Origin: Dehalococcoidia bacterium
Lineage (GTDB): Bacteria; Chloroflexota; Dehalococcoidia; Lucifugimonadales; UBA3495
Reading direction: 5' to 3'
Length of the DNA stretch: 64,000 nt
Assembly (NCBI GenBank): GCA_034428795.1
Contig: DAOUHF010000146.1
Coordinates: forward strand, 7,197 to 71,196
Shown here one piece after another: positions 10,209 through 18,889 of the stretch (position 1 is the stretch's first letter; every line of letters starts with the position of its first letter). Under the pieces are notes generated by a model. The model was not told the origin of the DNA, did not search any database, and saw nothing but the letters and a program-made list of their open reading frames with translations. The translations under genes and the position numbers were made by a program.

Positions 10209-10475
10209 TTGCCAGCCAGAAAATCGTTCCGCCAATCGGTAAAACGCAACCAACGGAACCGTAGCGCCCGTACGGAGACAAGGACCATAATCGCCAGGGC
10301 GGTGCGGTCGATGGATTCCGGGGACCTCTCGGAGGCCGAAGTGGCGGTGGATCGCGCCGTGAGCACCATGGACCGCGCGGTACAGAAAGGGATCATGCAC
10401 AAGAACAACGTGGCCCGGCGCAAGTCCCGCCTCACTACCCGCTTCAACGACATGGTTCGTGGCGAAGGCGCCTAG
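10209..10475 (+). CDS. rpsT: 30S ribosomal protein S20
   Basis: PARKSFRQSVKRNQRNRSARTETRT...KGIMHKNNVARRKSRL is the S20 pattern. TTG start. Confidence 0.9.
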   Translation: MPARKSFRQSVKRNQRNRSARTETRTIIARAVRSMDSGDLSEAEVAVDRAVSTMDRAVQKGIMHKNNVARRKSRLTTRFNDMVRGEGA

Positions 10476-10515
10476 CGTCGCCGCGGCCCCAAAGATCGAC
10501 CGGTTCCCGGCGTTT

Positions 10516-10547
10516 CCCGCTTCAGTCACGGAGCGGGGCTTTTTTTG
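10516..10547 (+). terminator. Rho-independent terminator after rpsT
   Basis: Stem CCCGCT (10516-10521) / AGCGGG (10532-10537) followed by GCTTTTTTT. Confidence 0.6.
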
Positions 10548-10585
10548 GTTCCGAACCGCAGCACAGCGCGGGTGACACCTCAGCG

Positions 10586-10614
10586 TTGACAGATCCAATG
10601 GGCTTTGTTAACTT
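10586..10614 (+). promoter_or_regulatory. Candidate lexA promoter
   Basis: TTGACA at 10586-10591, a 17-nt spacer, then TAACTT at 10609-10614 (weak -10). Confidence 0.3.
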
Positions 10615-10620
10615 CCTGCT

Positions 10621-10636
10621 AGAACATCCGTGTTAT
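10621..10636. promoter_or_regulatory. Candidate LexA operator (imperfect SOS-box-like palindrome)
   Basis: AGAACATCCGTGTTAT contains the perfect AACA-N4-TGTT palindrome and a GAAC half-site. It matches the Gram-positive GAAC-N4-GTTC consensus only partially. It lies just downstream of the putative -10 and upstream of the lexA start. Confidence 0.25.
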
Positions 10637-10647
10637 GTAAGGTGAAT

Positions 10648-11301
10648 ATGGTTACCAGGAAGCGAATGCCACAGCGCCGGCAACAGATTCTTGAGTTCAT
10701 ACAGGGGTTTATCTCCGATAACGGGATCCCGCCAACGGTCCGGGACATCCAGAAGGCCTGCGACATCAGTTCGACATCGGTGGTGGACTATAACCTGCAC
10801 AAGCTGCGGGAGGCCGGATACCTCAACCGCCGGCCGGATGTCGCCCGGGGTATCGAGCTTTTGGACAACGAAGGCCAACCCGTGTCCAATGCTCCCCGGG
10901 TACAGATCGTCGGGGCTATCGCCGCCGGTCAACCGCTGCCCGTTTTCAGCACCGAGGGGGTCCAGTCCAGCGAAGAGTTCGACGCTGTTGAAATTTCTCC
11001 GGACCTGCCCCGCCGTCACGGCAAGCTCTTCGGCCTGGCGGTGCGGGGGACTTCCATGATCGACGCGTTGATCGACGACGGAGACGTGGTGATCGTAAAA
11101 CCCGCCCATGAGGCCTCGAATGGCGACATGGTTGTCGCCTGGTTGAAGCAGGAAGAGGAAGCGACCCTGAAGAGGTTTTACCTGGAGGGGGACCTGGTGC
11201 GTCTCCAGCCAGCCAACAGCCAGATGACGGCCATCTACAGTCCGGCGGATAACGTGGAGGTCCGGGGCAAGGTCGTTTCGGTGATGCGAAAGTTTGGCTG
11301 A
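10648..11301 (+). CDS. lexA: LexA repressor
   Basis: Winged-helix N-terminus RRQQILEFIQGFISDNGIPPTVRDIQKAC. Cleavage-site region VGAIAAGQP. S24 peptidase core VRGTSMIDALIDDGDVVIVKP...MVVAWL...ATLKRF. The start is ambiguous (GTG 10630, ATG 10648 or ATG 10666). Confidence 0.9.
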   Translation: MVTRKRMPQRRQQILEFIQGFISDNGIPPTVRDIQKACDISSTSVVDYNLHKLREAGYLNRRPDVARGIELLDNEGQPVSNAPRVQIVGAIAAGQPLPVFSTEGVQSSEEFDAVEISPDLPRRHGKLFGLAVRGTSMIDALIDDGDVVIVKPAHEASNGDMVVAWLKQEEEATLKRFYLEGDLVRLQPANSQMTAIYSPADNVEVRGKVVSVMRKFG

Positions 11302-11337
11302 CCCGGCACCCCTGCCGCCATGTCCGGCACCCCTTCT

Positions 11338-11380
11338 GTCATTCCGGCCCCCCCCGTCATTCCGGCGAAAGCCGGAATCC
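11338..11380. repeat. Short GC hairpin repeat (GTCATTCCGGC duplicated; TCCGGC-GAAA-GCCGGA hairpin)
   Basis: GTCATTCCGGC occurs at 11338 and 11356. The second copy continues into the hairpin TCCGGCGAAAGCCGGA. A related unit lies inverted at 11540-11561. Confidence 0.5.
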
Positions 11381-11539
11381 ACGCCGCCTCCTCGGTGTCT
11401 GTATGTCCGCGAGTTGGCGTAAGAGTGTGCTGCACGGCGGGATACGTTTGATGGACTGGCGTGAATGGGCTTCGGCTGCCTCAGGAGTTGCCCGTAGGCT
11501 CGAGGTTAACCTGCTGTCCCCGAGGGTTGGGGTTCCGTA

Positions 11540-11561
11540 AATGCCGGCGTTGGCCGGAAAG
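11540..11561. repeat. Related hairpin unit in inverted orientation
   Basis: AATGCCGGCGTTGGCCGGAAAG. Its reverse complement, CTTTCCGGCCAACGCCGGCATT, has the same TCCGGC..GCCGG architecture as 11356-11380. Confidence 0.4.
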
Positions 11562-11629
11562 ACCGTTGCGATGCCCAAACTCCGGTATGACTCACGTTTC
11601 CAAAGGCCCAGGTGCTGGCGCCCCCGCGT

Positions 11630-12124
11630 TCAACGCCGGGCGTTGCTCAACGCGATGTAGGTCGCGACGGAAAAGGGAACCATGTAGCTAAGGGGAATTT
11701 TCCAAAAGAGCTCGTTCACCCAGTTGCCGCCGACGATGACGTTTCCTTGGTTGAGGGCGGTAATGATGGTGCCCACAACCACGGCGGTCAAAACCGAGCG
11801 GCGCAACATCGGCCAGTGCCTGCAGGCGCACCGGGCGCATTTCATCACCGAGCCGCCGGTGCGGTTGTCGAAGGCAAAAGCCCACCGGTGCCGGGCTCTG
11901 CGGCCGCAGCGCACACAGGTAGCCGCCTCTACTGCTGGTGTCGGTGTTGGCGCCGGTGTTTGTGACGGGGTGGCTGCCTGAATTGGGGCCAATCGTTCCT
12001 CGGGAGCTTGAACGCTCCTTGAAATGGAAACCGGGCCACACAAGACCTGATCGATAAAGTTCGGACGGGTGGATGGCCCGGCCTTCCGGGAACGGATTTT
12101 AAATGAACCAATAGTGCCTGTCAC
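11630..12124 (-). CDS. NrtS-like small membrane protein with a Cys-rich, Pro/Thr-rich N-terminal extension
   Basis: The C-terminal 65 aa RRSVLTAVVVGTIITALNQGNVIVGG...WKIPLSYMVPFSVATYIALSNAR resemble the NrtS nitrate/nitrite-transporter family. Upstream lies a CVRCGRR...CARCACRH cluster. The start is uncertain. Confidence 0.45.
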   Translation of the reverse strand: MTGTIGSFKIRSRKAGPSTRPNFIDQVLCGPVSISRSVQAPEERLAPIQAATPSQTPAPTPTPAVEAATCVRCGRRARHRWAFAFDNRTGGSVMKCARCACRHWPMLRRSVLTAVVVGTIITALNQGNVIVGGNWVNELFWKIPLSYMVPFSVATYIALSNARR

Positions 12125-12260
12125 TCCGAAATGTGGCCCTGAACTGGCACCCTGAACCGTTGGCCCTCGATTTCTTGTTGGCGGGCCCCCGGGATCTTAT
12201 AATTGAATGTGCAGTCCTTGGTCCGGTGGTATAGGGACCGACGTTTAATGGAGCCGACCA

Positions 12261-12944
12261 ATGTACGATTTCCACACCCACACGTTCCTGAGCGACGGTG
12301 TTCTCTCACCTATAGAGTTAATTCGGCGGGCGTTGATCCGGGGGTATAGGGCCATGGCCATTACCGATCATGTCGGATTGGGCAACGTCGAGTACGTACT
12401 GAAGACCCTGATCACAGACTGTGCTCAAGCCACCAAGAGGTGGGACATCCTCGTCCTTCCCGGCGTCGAGGTCACCCACGTGCCAAAGGAAGACATCGAC
12501 CTTGTGGCCCGCACCGCCAAGGAGATGGGGGCCAAGATGGTGGCAGTGCACGGGGAGACGGTGGTGGAGCCCGTGGAACCAGGCACCAACGAGGCTGCCA
12601 TACGGTCATCCTTCGTCGATATACTGGCCCATCCGGGCCTGATTTCCTTGGAAGAGGCGCGGTTGGCTGCGGAGAGAGGAGTGTACCTGGAGGTTTCGGC
12701 CCGCCGTAGCCACGCATACGCCAATGGGCACGTGGCCAAGATGGCGAAACAGGCCGGAGCATCCTTGGTGTTGGACTCCGACGCCCACGAACCCGAAGAC
12801 CTGCTGACTCCAGAGTTCAGGCTGAGAGTCGCAAAAGGCGCGGGCCTCGATGAAGATGAGGTCCACGCCATGCTGGAAACGAACCCGCGGAACTTGCTGG
12901 GGAAGTTGGGTTTCGGGCCGGATCACGCCCCCGCGGCAGGCTGA
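12261..12944 (+). CDS. PHP-domain phosphoesterase (histidinol-phosphatase-like)
   Basis: MYDFHTHTFLSDGVLSPIELI...AITDHV...VAVHGE...LDSDAHEP are PHP metal-binding His/Asp motifs. Confidence 0.75.
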   Translation: MYDFHTHTFLSDGVLSPIELIRRALIRGYRAMAITDHVGLGNVEYVLKTLITDCAQATKRWDILVLPGVEVTHVPKEDIDLVARTAKEMGAKMVAVHGETVVEPVEPGTNEAAIRSSFVDILAHPGLISLEEARLAAERGVYLEVSARRSHAYANGHVAKMAKQAGASLVLDSDAHEPEDLLTPEFRLRVAKGAGLDEDEVHAMLETNPRNLLGKLGFGPDHAPAAG

Positions 12945-12968
12945 CCGGCCTCTGCGTTCCGCCTTCTT

Positions 12969-13109
12969 CTAAGATTTACCGATCCGGAATACCTTGGTCC
13001 CGCATTGAGGACAGACTCCTTGCGTCGCCGGCCGGCCGTTCTTGAGTGTTACCTGCTCCGGGTTGGAAATCTCGCGTTTTCCCCTGCACTTGAAGCAATA
13101 CGCCTCCAT
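12969..13109 (-). CDS. Small zinc-ribbon protein, DUF5679-like (46 aa; absent from the ORF track because it is under 60 aa)
   Basis: Minus-strand ATG at 13109 preceded by GAGGTG. Translation: MEAYCFKCRGKREISNPEQVTLKNGRPATQGVCPQCGTKVFRIGKS, with two CxxC pairs and the KNGRPA..G.C..CGTKvfRIg pattern of DUF5679. TAG stop at 12971-12969. Confidence 0.7.
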   Translation of the reverse strand: MEAYCFKCRGKREISNPEQVTLKNGRPATQGVCPQCGTKVFRIGKS

Positions 13110-13245
13110 TGTGTGTGCACCTCGCCTTCCCTATTTGGTTGTAACGCCCGGTTTCCGGGAGACTGAAAACGGCCGCCGAGTGGGCTGCGTTCCGGCCTTC
13201 CATCTCGTTCGGGGAGAGGCCGGAACCACCGGACATAACGTGGAT
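13110..13245 (-). promoter_or_regulatory. About 130-nt structured 5' leader of the DUF5679-like gene (candidate cis-regulatory RNA)
   Basis: Perfect 10-bp stem GTTCCGGCCT/AGGCCGGAAC (plus coordinates 13189-13198 and 13217-13226) and a second hairpin CCCGG-AAA-CCGGG. I could not match it to a known riboswitch consensus. Confidence 0.35.
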
Positions 13246-13251
13246 TTCCCA

Positions 13252-13279
13252 ACTATAGCGGCCAGTCTCATAATGTCAA
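13252..13279 (-). promoter_or_regulatory. Candidate sigma70-type promoter for the small zinc-ribbon gene
   Basis: On the minus strand: TTGACA (13279-13274), a 16-nt spacer, then TATAGT (13257-13252). Confidence 0.4.
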
Positions 13280-13358
13280 GGACTATTAACGAGCGGTGAT
13301 ACCGGGAACCAGTGGGGCCTGGGGCGCCGGCCCCTTCGGGTACGACGCAGGACCGTCC

Positions 13359-14342
13359 CTAGCAGACTTCCACCGGGGCCAGCGGCGACGGGGAATCCAA
13401 TTGAAAGACCTTGACCGGCCGCCACGAGTTGGCCGGCCGCTCGTAGCGCACCAAAGCGAGGAACCGGCCCTCACTGTCGTAGGCCCGGAATTGCTCCAAA
13501 TATCCCGCGTCCAAGACCGGGCGGCCCAGGGTGACCGGCTGGCCGTGCTTCAAGAACTCTTCGGCGTGCCGCCCCACGGTAACGCTCTTGAGGCGCCGTA
13601 AGACCCAGTCGACAGGCATCAAATGCTCTTTCCACCCTTCCGTCTCGGCGTCCGCATCCGCCGCCAGTTGCTCCAGGGTAATTCCATCAGCCGCCTGGAA
13701 TCCGCCGCAACTCTGGCGTTCCAGGTCGGCAACGTGGCCGCCGCATCCCAATGAGTCCCCAAGGTCGTGGGCCAAAGAGCGCATGTAAACGCCGCGGCCG
13801 CATTCAACGTCAAGTGTCAGTGTCGGAAGTTCCAGGCTTACGATGCGGGCCGAGTATATCTCCACCGGTCGAGGCGCCCGCTCGACTTCGATGCCCTCCC
13901 GGGCCAGCTTGTAAAGCCGCTGTCCGCCCACCTTGACGGCGCTATACATGGGAGGAATCTGCTGGATTTCGCCGATGAACGGTTGTAACGCCGCGTCGAT
14001 GTCGTCGATGGTGACGTGGCCGGGGTCGCCGGTCTTCACCACTTCTCCTTCAGCGTCGTAGGTAGTGGTGGTGACACCGAGGGTGACGTCCATCATGTAC
14101 CGTTTGTTGCCGCCGACGACGTAGTCCATCAGACGGGTGGCCTGCCCGAAACACACCGGCAGCACGCCCCGGGCCAACGGGTCCATGGTGCCGCCGTGCC
14201 CCACCTTCTGACGCTGGCCTGTGATGCGCTTCACTTGGCGGAGGGCTTCCATGGAGGTGATGCCCGGGGGTTTGTAAAGGTTTACGAAACCGTTGTTGAC
14301 AGGACGTTGGGAGCGCCGTCCGTCGAGCTTGTTATTGGGCAT
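13359..14342 (-). CDS. truB: tRNA pseudouridine(55) synthase
   Basis: GFVNLYKPPGITSMEALRQVKRI...KVGHGGTMDPLARGVLPVCFGQATRL, with the catalytic Asp motif. Confidence 0.93.
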   Translation of the reverse strand: MPNNKLDGRRSQRPVNNGFVNLYKPPGITSMEALRQVKRITGQRQKVGHGGTMDPLARGVLPVCFGQATRLMDYVVGGNKRYMMDVTLGVTTTTYDAEGEVVKTGDPGHVTIDDIDAALQPFIGEIQQIPPMYSAVKVGGQRLYKLAREGIEVERAPRPVEIYSARIVSLELPTLTLDVECGRGVYMRSLAHDLGDSLGCGGHVADLERQSCGGFQAADGITLEQLAADADAETEGWKEHLMPVDWVLRRLKSVTVGRHAEEFLKHGQPVTLGRPVLDAGYLEQFRAYDSEGRFLALVRYERPANSWRPVKVFQLDSPSPLAPVEVC

Positions 14343-14343
14343 T

Positions 14344-14760
14344 TTATTGGTTGGCCGGCTGGTGCGGCGCCGGCCTTACTTCATCCGGCGCCGCTTGTAA
14401 TTGCAGTTCTTCGGTGTCGTCAGACGCCAGCGTGTCCATCAACCGCAGAATTTGTTCGCCCTCTTCGATGGACTCGTCCAAGGCGAAGGTCATAAAGGGA
14501 GTGTGCCGAAGGTTGACGCGGCTACGGAGTTCCCGCCGGAGGTAGGCGGCTGCCGATTGGCAACCGTCCAAGGCCAACCGCTTCGTCTCGCCGCCGCCCA
14601 TGACACTCACGTAAACCCGTGCGGTGCGCAAATCGTTGGAAGCGCTGACCCGGGTGATGCTGATCACACCGCTCAGTCTGGGGTCTTTGATCTGACGGGC
14701 CAGCAGGTGGCTGATTTCGGTGCGCAACAATTCGTTGACGCGGTCGATGCGTCTGGCCAT
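14344..14760 (-). CDS. rbfA: Ribosome-binding factor A
   Basis: RIDRVNELLRTEISHLLARQIKDPRL..ISITRVSASNDLRTARVYVS, and its position between infB and truB. Confidence 0.9.
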   Translation of the reverse strand: MARRIDRVNELLRTEISHLLARQIKDPRLSGVISITRVSASNDLRTARVYVSVMGGGETKRLALDGCQSAAAYLRRELRSRVNLRHTPFMTFALDESIEEGEQILRLMDTLASDDTEELQLQAAPDEVRPAPHQPANQ

Positions 14761-14839
14761 GTGGACTTCCCCTCATCGAATATCGGGGAGCGGACAAGGG
14801 TGCGGGCCCCCCAAGACGAATGCGGCCGGTTGAGGCCGG

Positions 14840-16681
14840 CTACCGTCGTCCTCGTTCCTGCCGGTAAATCTCCAACACGTCCCCTTGTTGAAAGGCGTTG
14901 AATCCTTGGAGCACGACGCCGCACTCGGTGCCAGTGGTCATTTCGTTTACTTCGTCCCGGAAATGACGCAGGCTGGTGACCGTAGTGTCGGCGACGGTCA
15001 CGCCGCCTCTGACGACACGGGCTGAGCCGTTGCGTACCACCCGGCCGTCCGACACGCGGCAACCGGCGATTTGCGCGCCACGCCGGCCTTCGAAGACCTC
15101 CCGGATTTCGGCCCGGCCCACCACCACTTCGGTGTAGACTGGCTCCAACATTCCGTGAAGGGCCAATTCGATATCGTCGATGAGATGGTAAATGATGCCG
15201 TAGTGGCGTATCTCCACGCCCATGCGGTCGGCCAAGCGTTCCGCGCTGGGCTCGGCGCCGGTGGCGAAGCAGATGACGATGGCCTCGGAGGCGCTGGCCA
15301 AGAGGACGTCGGATTCGGTGACGGCCCCGCTGCCGGTGTGCAGGACACGGACCTTGGCATCTTCGTCGACCAGTCGTTCCAACGCCTGTCTCACCGCTTC
15401 GACGCTGCCTTGAACGTCGGCTTTCAGCACCAGGTTCAATTCCTTGACGTTGTCGACGTCGACGCGGTTGACCACCTCTTCCAGGGTCAACGCCCTCGTC
15501 TGGCCCGGGGTGGTCCAGTGGGCGCGGTCCCGGCTGCCGGCAATAGACCGTGCTTCCCGGTCGTTGGCCGCTACGGTCAATTGGTCCCCGGCCTCGGGAA
15601 TCGCCCCGAATCCCAGCACCTCCACCGGACTGCCGGGAGTCGCCCGGTCCACCGGCCGGCCTTGGTCGTCCGTCATGGCGCGGACTCGTCCCGAGGTCGC
15701 GCCGGCGGCGATGAAGTCGCCGATCTTCAGCGTGCCGTCGGCGACCAGGATAGTGGCGCTGGGGCCGCGCTTCCGGTCAAGCTTGGCTTCGATAACCACT
15801 CCGGCGGCCGGTTTGTCCGGGTTGGCCTTTAGCTCCGAAATCTCGGCGACCAGCAGGATGTTTTCCAGCAGGTTGTCTATTCCGTTACCGGTGGTGGCCG
15901 AAACCTCGGCGGATACGACATCGCCGCCCCAGTCTTCCACCAGTAATTCCTGCTCGCTGAGCTGCCGTTTCACCCGCTCTGGGTCGGCTCCAGGCAGGTC
16001 CATTTTGTTGATGGCGACAACTATAGGCACCTTCGCGGCCTTGGCGTGGTTGATCGCCTCCACCGTCTGGGGCATGATGCCGTCGTCCGCCGCCACCACC
16101 AGAACTGCGATGTCGGTCACCTTGGCTCCCCGAGCCCGTATGCCGGTAAACGCGGCGTGACCGGGGGTGTCCAGGAAAGTAATGGACTGGCCCTGTACGT
16201 CAACCTGGTAGGCGCCGATGTGCTGGGTAATGCCCCCCAGTTCGCGGTCCGCAACCCGCGATTTCCGGATGTAGTCCAGCAAGGAGGTCTTGCCGTGGTC
16301 GACGTGACCCAGAACGGTGACCACCGGGGGCCGGGAACTCAGATCAGCGTCGTCGCTCTTGCCGCCGGCGGCTGCGGCCCGCCCCGCGGCGGCGGCGGGT
16401 TCTTGGGCCATCGTGGTCCGGACGCCGAAGGCCGTCGTGACCAGTGTGGCCACCTGGTAGTCGATCAGCTGGTTCATCGAGGCCATGATGCCATTGCGCA
16501 TGAGCTGCTTGATGACATCGATGGCCGATTGGTCCAAAACTTCCGCCAAGTATTGGACGGTCATGGTATCCGGCAATACCAGAGGGCGAGGCGGTCCGCC
16601 TCGTTTATCTCCGGCCGCCCGACGGGGCCTGGCGGGTCTAGCTCTTTCGTCAACTGGCGTTGACCGTGTTTCGGAAGTCAT
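14840..16681 (-). CDS. infB: Translation initiation factor IF-2
   Basis: G-domain [29 protein letters not shown], plus the conserved C-terminal domains. Synteny with nusA-ylxR. Confidence 0.95.
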   Translation of the reverse strand: MTSETRSTPVDERARPARPRRAAGDKRGGPPRPLVLPDTMTVQYLAEVLDQSAIDVIKQLMRNGIMASMNQLIDYQVATLVTTAFGVRTTMAQEPAAAAGRAAAAGGKSDDADLSSRPPVVTVLGHVDHGKTSLLDYIRKSRVADRELGGITQHIGAYQVDVQGQSITFLDTPGHAAFTGIRARGAKVTDIAVLVVAADDGIMPQTVEAINHAKAAKVPIVVAINKMDLPGADPERVKRQLSEQELLVEDWGGDVVSAEVSATTGNGIDNLLENILLVAEISELKANPDKPAAGVVIEAKLDRKRGPSATILVADGTLKIGDFIAAGATSGRVRAMTDDQGRPVDRATPGSPVEVLGFGAIPEAGDQLTVAANDREARSIAGSRDRAHWTTPGQTRALTLEEVVNRVDVDNVKELNLVLKADVQGSVEAVRQALERLVDEDAKVRVLHTGSGAVTESDVLLASASEAIVICFATGAEPSAERLADRMGVEIRHYGIIYHLIDDIELALHGMLEPVYTEVVVGRAEIREVFEGRRGAQIAGCRVSDGRVVRNGSARVVRGGVTVADTTVTSLRHFRDEVNEMTTGTECGVVLQGFNAFQQGDVLEIYRQERGRR

Positions 16682-16696
16682 GTTTCCGTCCGCTTA

Positions 16697-16993
16697 CTAG
16701 TCTTTGGCAATGGATTCCCGGACGATAGATTCCTGATAAAACGCCCGTATACCATCCCGGTCCTGGCTGGAAATCTCGGCCTTAAAGCTACGGGCCAACC
16801 CACCGCGATCTACGGCCCGGTTCCAACAATCGGCCGACTGGCAGAGGTAAGCGCCGCGCCCGGAGGCTTTGCCGGTGAGGTCTACTGCGACCTCCCCTTC
16901 CGGGGTCCGCACGACCCGCACCAAGCCCTGCTTGGGGACCTTTTTGGCGCAGGCGACGCAGCTTCGTTCGGGAACGTGCTGTTTTCTGGCCAC
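16697..16993 (-). CDS. ylxR: YlxR/DUF448 family RNA-binding protein
   Basis: ERSCVACAKKVPKQGLVRVVRTPEGEVAVDLTGKASGRGAYLC, located between nusA and infB. Confidence 0.85.
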   Translation of the reverse strand: MARKQHVPERSCVACAKKVPKQGLVRVVRTPEGEVAVDLTGKASGRGAYLCQSADCWNRAVDRGGLARSFKAEISSQDRDGIRAFYQESIVRESIAKD

Positions 16994-17023
16994 GAACCCC
17001 CTCCTACGCGGGGAGACTGGCCG

Positions 17024-18676
17024 CTACCGGCCCCCGCCGCCCCGGCGGGCTCCGCCGCCGCCCCGGCGTGAACGGCCGCCCCGGCGGGCGCCGCCTCCCC
17101 GGAACTCTTCCACGATGTCCTCGGCGAACCGGATCTTGCCGGCGTCGGGAGTCAGCACCGGCAACGCGCCCAACTCGATTGGGCTTTCGTCGATTCCGTC
17201 TTCAAAGAGGTCCTCGAGGTCCTCGAGATCATCGACGTCCTCTGCGGCTTCCGGTTCCCCAATTTCCACGTCGTCCAGGGTGAAGGAACCCAAGTCTTCC
17301 ACGCTCAGCCCCGGCTCGGCTTCGACGGCGGCCCCAGCCAGGACCTCTTCTCCGCGCATCAACTCTTCGAGGATGCTGTCTTCGTCAACCGGGGAAATGG
17401 CCGGTTCTGCGAAGACCGGTGCATCCGGCGCCGGAGCCGATTCTACGACGGCGGTCGCCCCGGCTTCTTCCGGCGCCGCGGCCACGGTTTCGGCGGTCAG
17501 TTCAGCAGCAACCACGGTGTCGGCCGTCGACCCGTCCGCCACTGCCACTGCGGTTTCGGCTGCACTTGCCAAGGCTGCCTCGGCCGCTTTAACCGCCTCG
17601 GCGGCCGCCGCGCTGACTCGGGCTTCCCTGATTCCTTCCCATTCGGTCATGCCCTTGATGTCCAACCGCCAACCGGTCAGCCGGGCCGCCAACCGGGTGT
17701 TTTGTCCCTCTTTGCCAATAGCCAGGGACAACTGCCGGTCGGGGACGATTACGACGGCGGTCTGCTCCGCTCCCAGCAACTCCACGTGGACCGGCTCGGA
17801 AGGACTCAGGGCCTTCGAGATGAAGGTCCGCGGGTCAGCGTCCCAAGAGACGATGTCGATCTTTTCGCCCTGTAGCTCATTCACGATGCTTTGAATGCGG
17901 TTCCCGCGAATACCGATGCACGAGCCCACCGGGTCGATGCCGGGTTGGGTGGCGGTTACGGCAACCTTGCTACGGAAGCCGGCCTCCCGGGCGATGGCTT
18001 TGATCTCTACCACGCCGTTGTAGACCTCGGGCACCTCGATCTCGAACAGCCTCCGCAGCATGTTCCGGTTGCTGCGGGAGACCAGAATCTCCGGCCCCTT
18101 GGGGGTGCTGCGCACACTGAGAACGTAGACTTTGGAGCGCATGCCCTTGCGGTAGCGCTCGTTCGTGACCTGTTCTTCGTAGGGTAGGATCGCTTGGGCT
18201 CGCCCCAGGTCCATGGTTATGGTGCGCCCCGGTTCGGCCTGTTCGATCATCCCCGATACGATGTCGCCTTCGTGTTGTTGGAACTCTTGGAACAGCAGTT
18301 CCCGCTCGGCCTCCCGGAGGCGTTGCAACACCACCTGCTTGGCGGTCTGGGCCGCGATGCGGCTGGCATTATGGGGGAGCGGCTCGGCGGCGGCGATTTC
18401 ATCGCCGATGGCGGCGCTCTTCTTTATCAGTTTGGCGTCCGTGAGGGTGATTTCCCGGTCGGGGTCTTCCACCGCTTCGACCACCATTTTGAGGGCGTAA
18501 ACACTGACATCGCCGGTGTTGGGGTTGAGGGTCACCGAGATGTTCTGACCGGAGGCCGGGTTGTCCTTCTTGAAGGCGGAGGCCAACGCGACTTCAATGG
18601 CGCCCAGCACCTGTTCTCTGGGCAAGTGCCTCTCCGCCGCCAGTTGTGTCAACGCTATCAGAAAATCACTTTTCAT
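17024..18676 (-). CDS. nusA: Transcription termination/antitermination factor NusA with a long acidic/Ala-rich tail ending in an RGG box
   Basis: MKSDFLIALTQLAAERHLPREQVLGAIEVALASAFKK, then S1 and two KH regions (IDPVGSCIGIRGNRIQ, LAIGKEGQNTRLAARLTGWRLDI). The ATG at 18676 follows GGGAGGGGG, whereas the track start at 18826 is upstream of the RBS. The tail ends RGGGARRGGRSRRGGGGARRGGGGR. Confidence 0.93.
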   Translation of the reverse strand: MKSDFLIALTQLAAERHLPREQVLGAIEVALASAFKKDNPASGQNISVTLNPNTGDVSVYALKMVVEAVEDPDREITLTDAKLIKKSAAIGDEIAAAEPLPHNASRIAAQTAKQVVLQRLREAERELLFQEFQQHEGDIVSGMIEQAEPGRTITMDLGRAQAILPYEEQVTNERYRKGMRSKVYVLSVRSTPKGPEILVSRSNRNMLRRLFEIEVPEVYNGVVEIKAIAREAGFRSKVAVTATQPGIDPVGSCIGIRGNRIQSIVNELQGEKIDIVSWDADPRTFISKALSPSEPVHVELLGAEQTAVVIVPDRQLSLAIGKEGQNTRLAARLTGWRLDIKGMTEWEGIREARVSAAAAEAVKAAEAALASAAETAVAVADGSTADTVVAAELTAETVAAAPEEAGATAVVESAPAPDAPVFAEPAISPVDEDSILEELMRGEEVLAGAAVEAEPGLSVEDLGSFTLDDVEIGEPEAAEDVDDLEDLEDLFEDGIDESPIELGALPVLTPDAGKIRFAEDIVEEFRGGGARRGGRSRRGGGGARRGGGGR

Positions 18677-18889
18677 CGCTGAGCCCCCTCCCAAAACCTG
18701 TTGGAAACGGATGTCTCCGTCAACAAGAGAACGGGTTGCACCCGCTCTCAAAAAGAAAGGACCGTTCGGCGAAAGTATAGCACCGCCCGATGGCGCTTTC
18801 AACCTGGAAAGCCGGGCGGCCGGCAAATTGCGGCCCTGGGTGAGAGGGGGCTCCGGGAGGGGGTACCGGACCCGGTTGGAGCTAGGCCG

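Noticed and set aside
11357-11578. 73-aa ORF containing VFPANAGIYG.
   Set aside because: This is a translation artefact of the GC hairpin repeat units in an intergenic region. It has no RBS or coding-like composition.
12970-13260. The 400-bp gap suggested a structured ncRNA gene (SRP RNA or RNase P RNA), because of CCGGAA..GCAGCC and CAAAUAGGG-like strings.
   Set aside because: The strings do not fit the SRP helix-8 consensus (GGUCCGGAAGGAAGCAGCC) or the RNase P core. The region is better explained by a 46-aa DUF5679-type ORF plus its leader.
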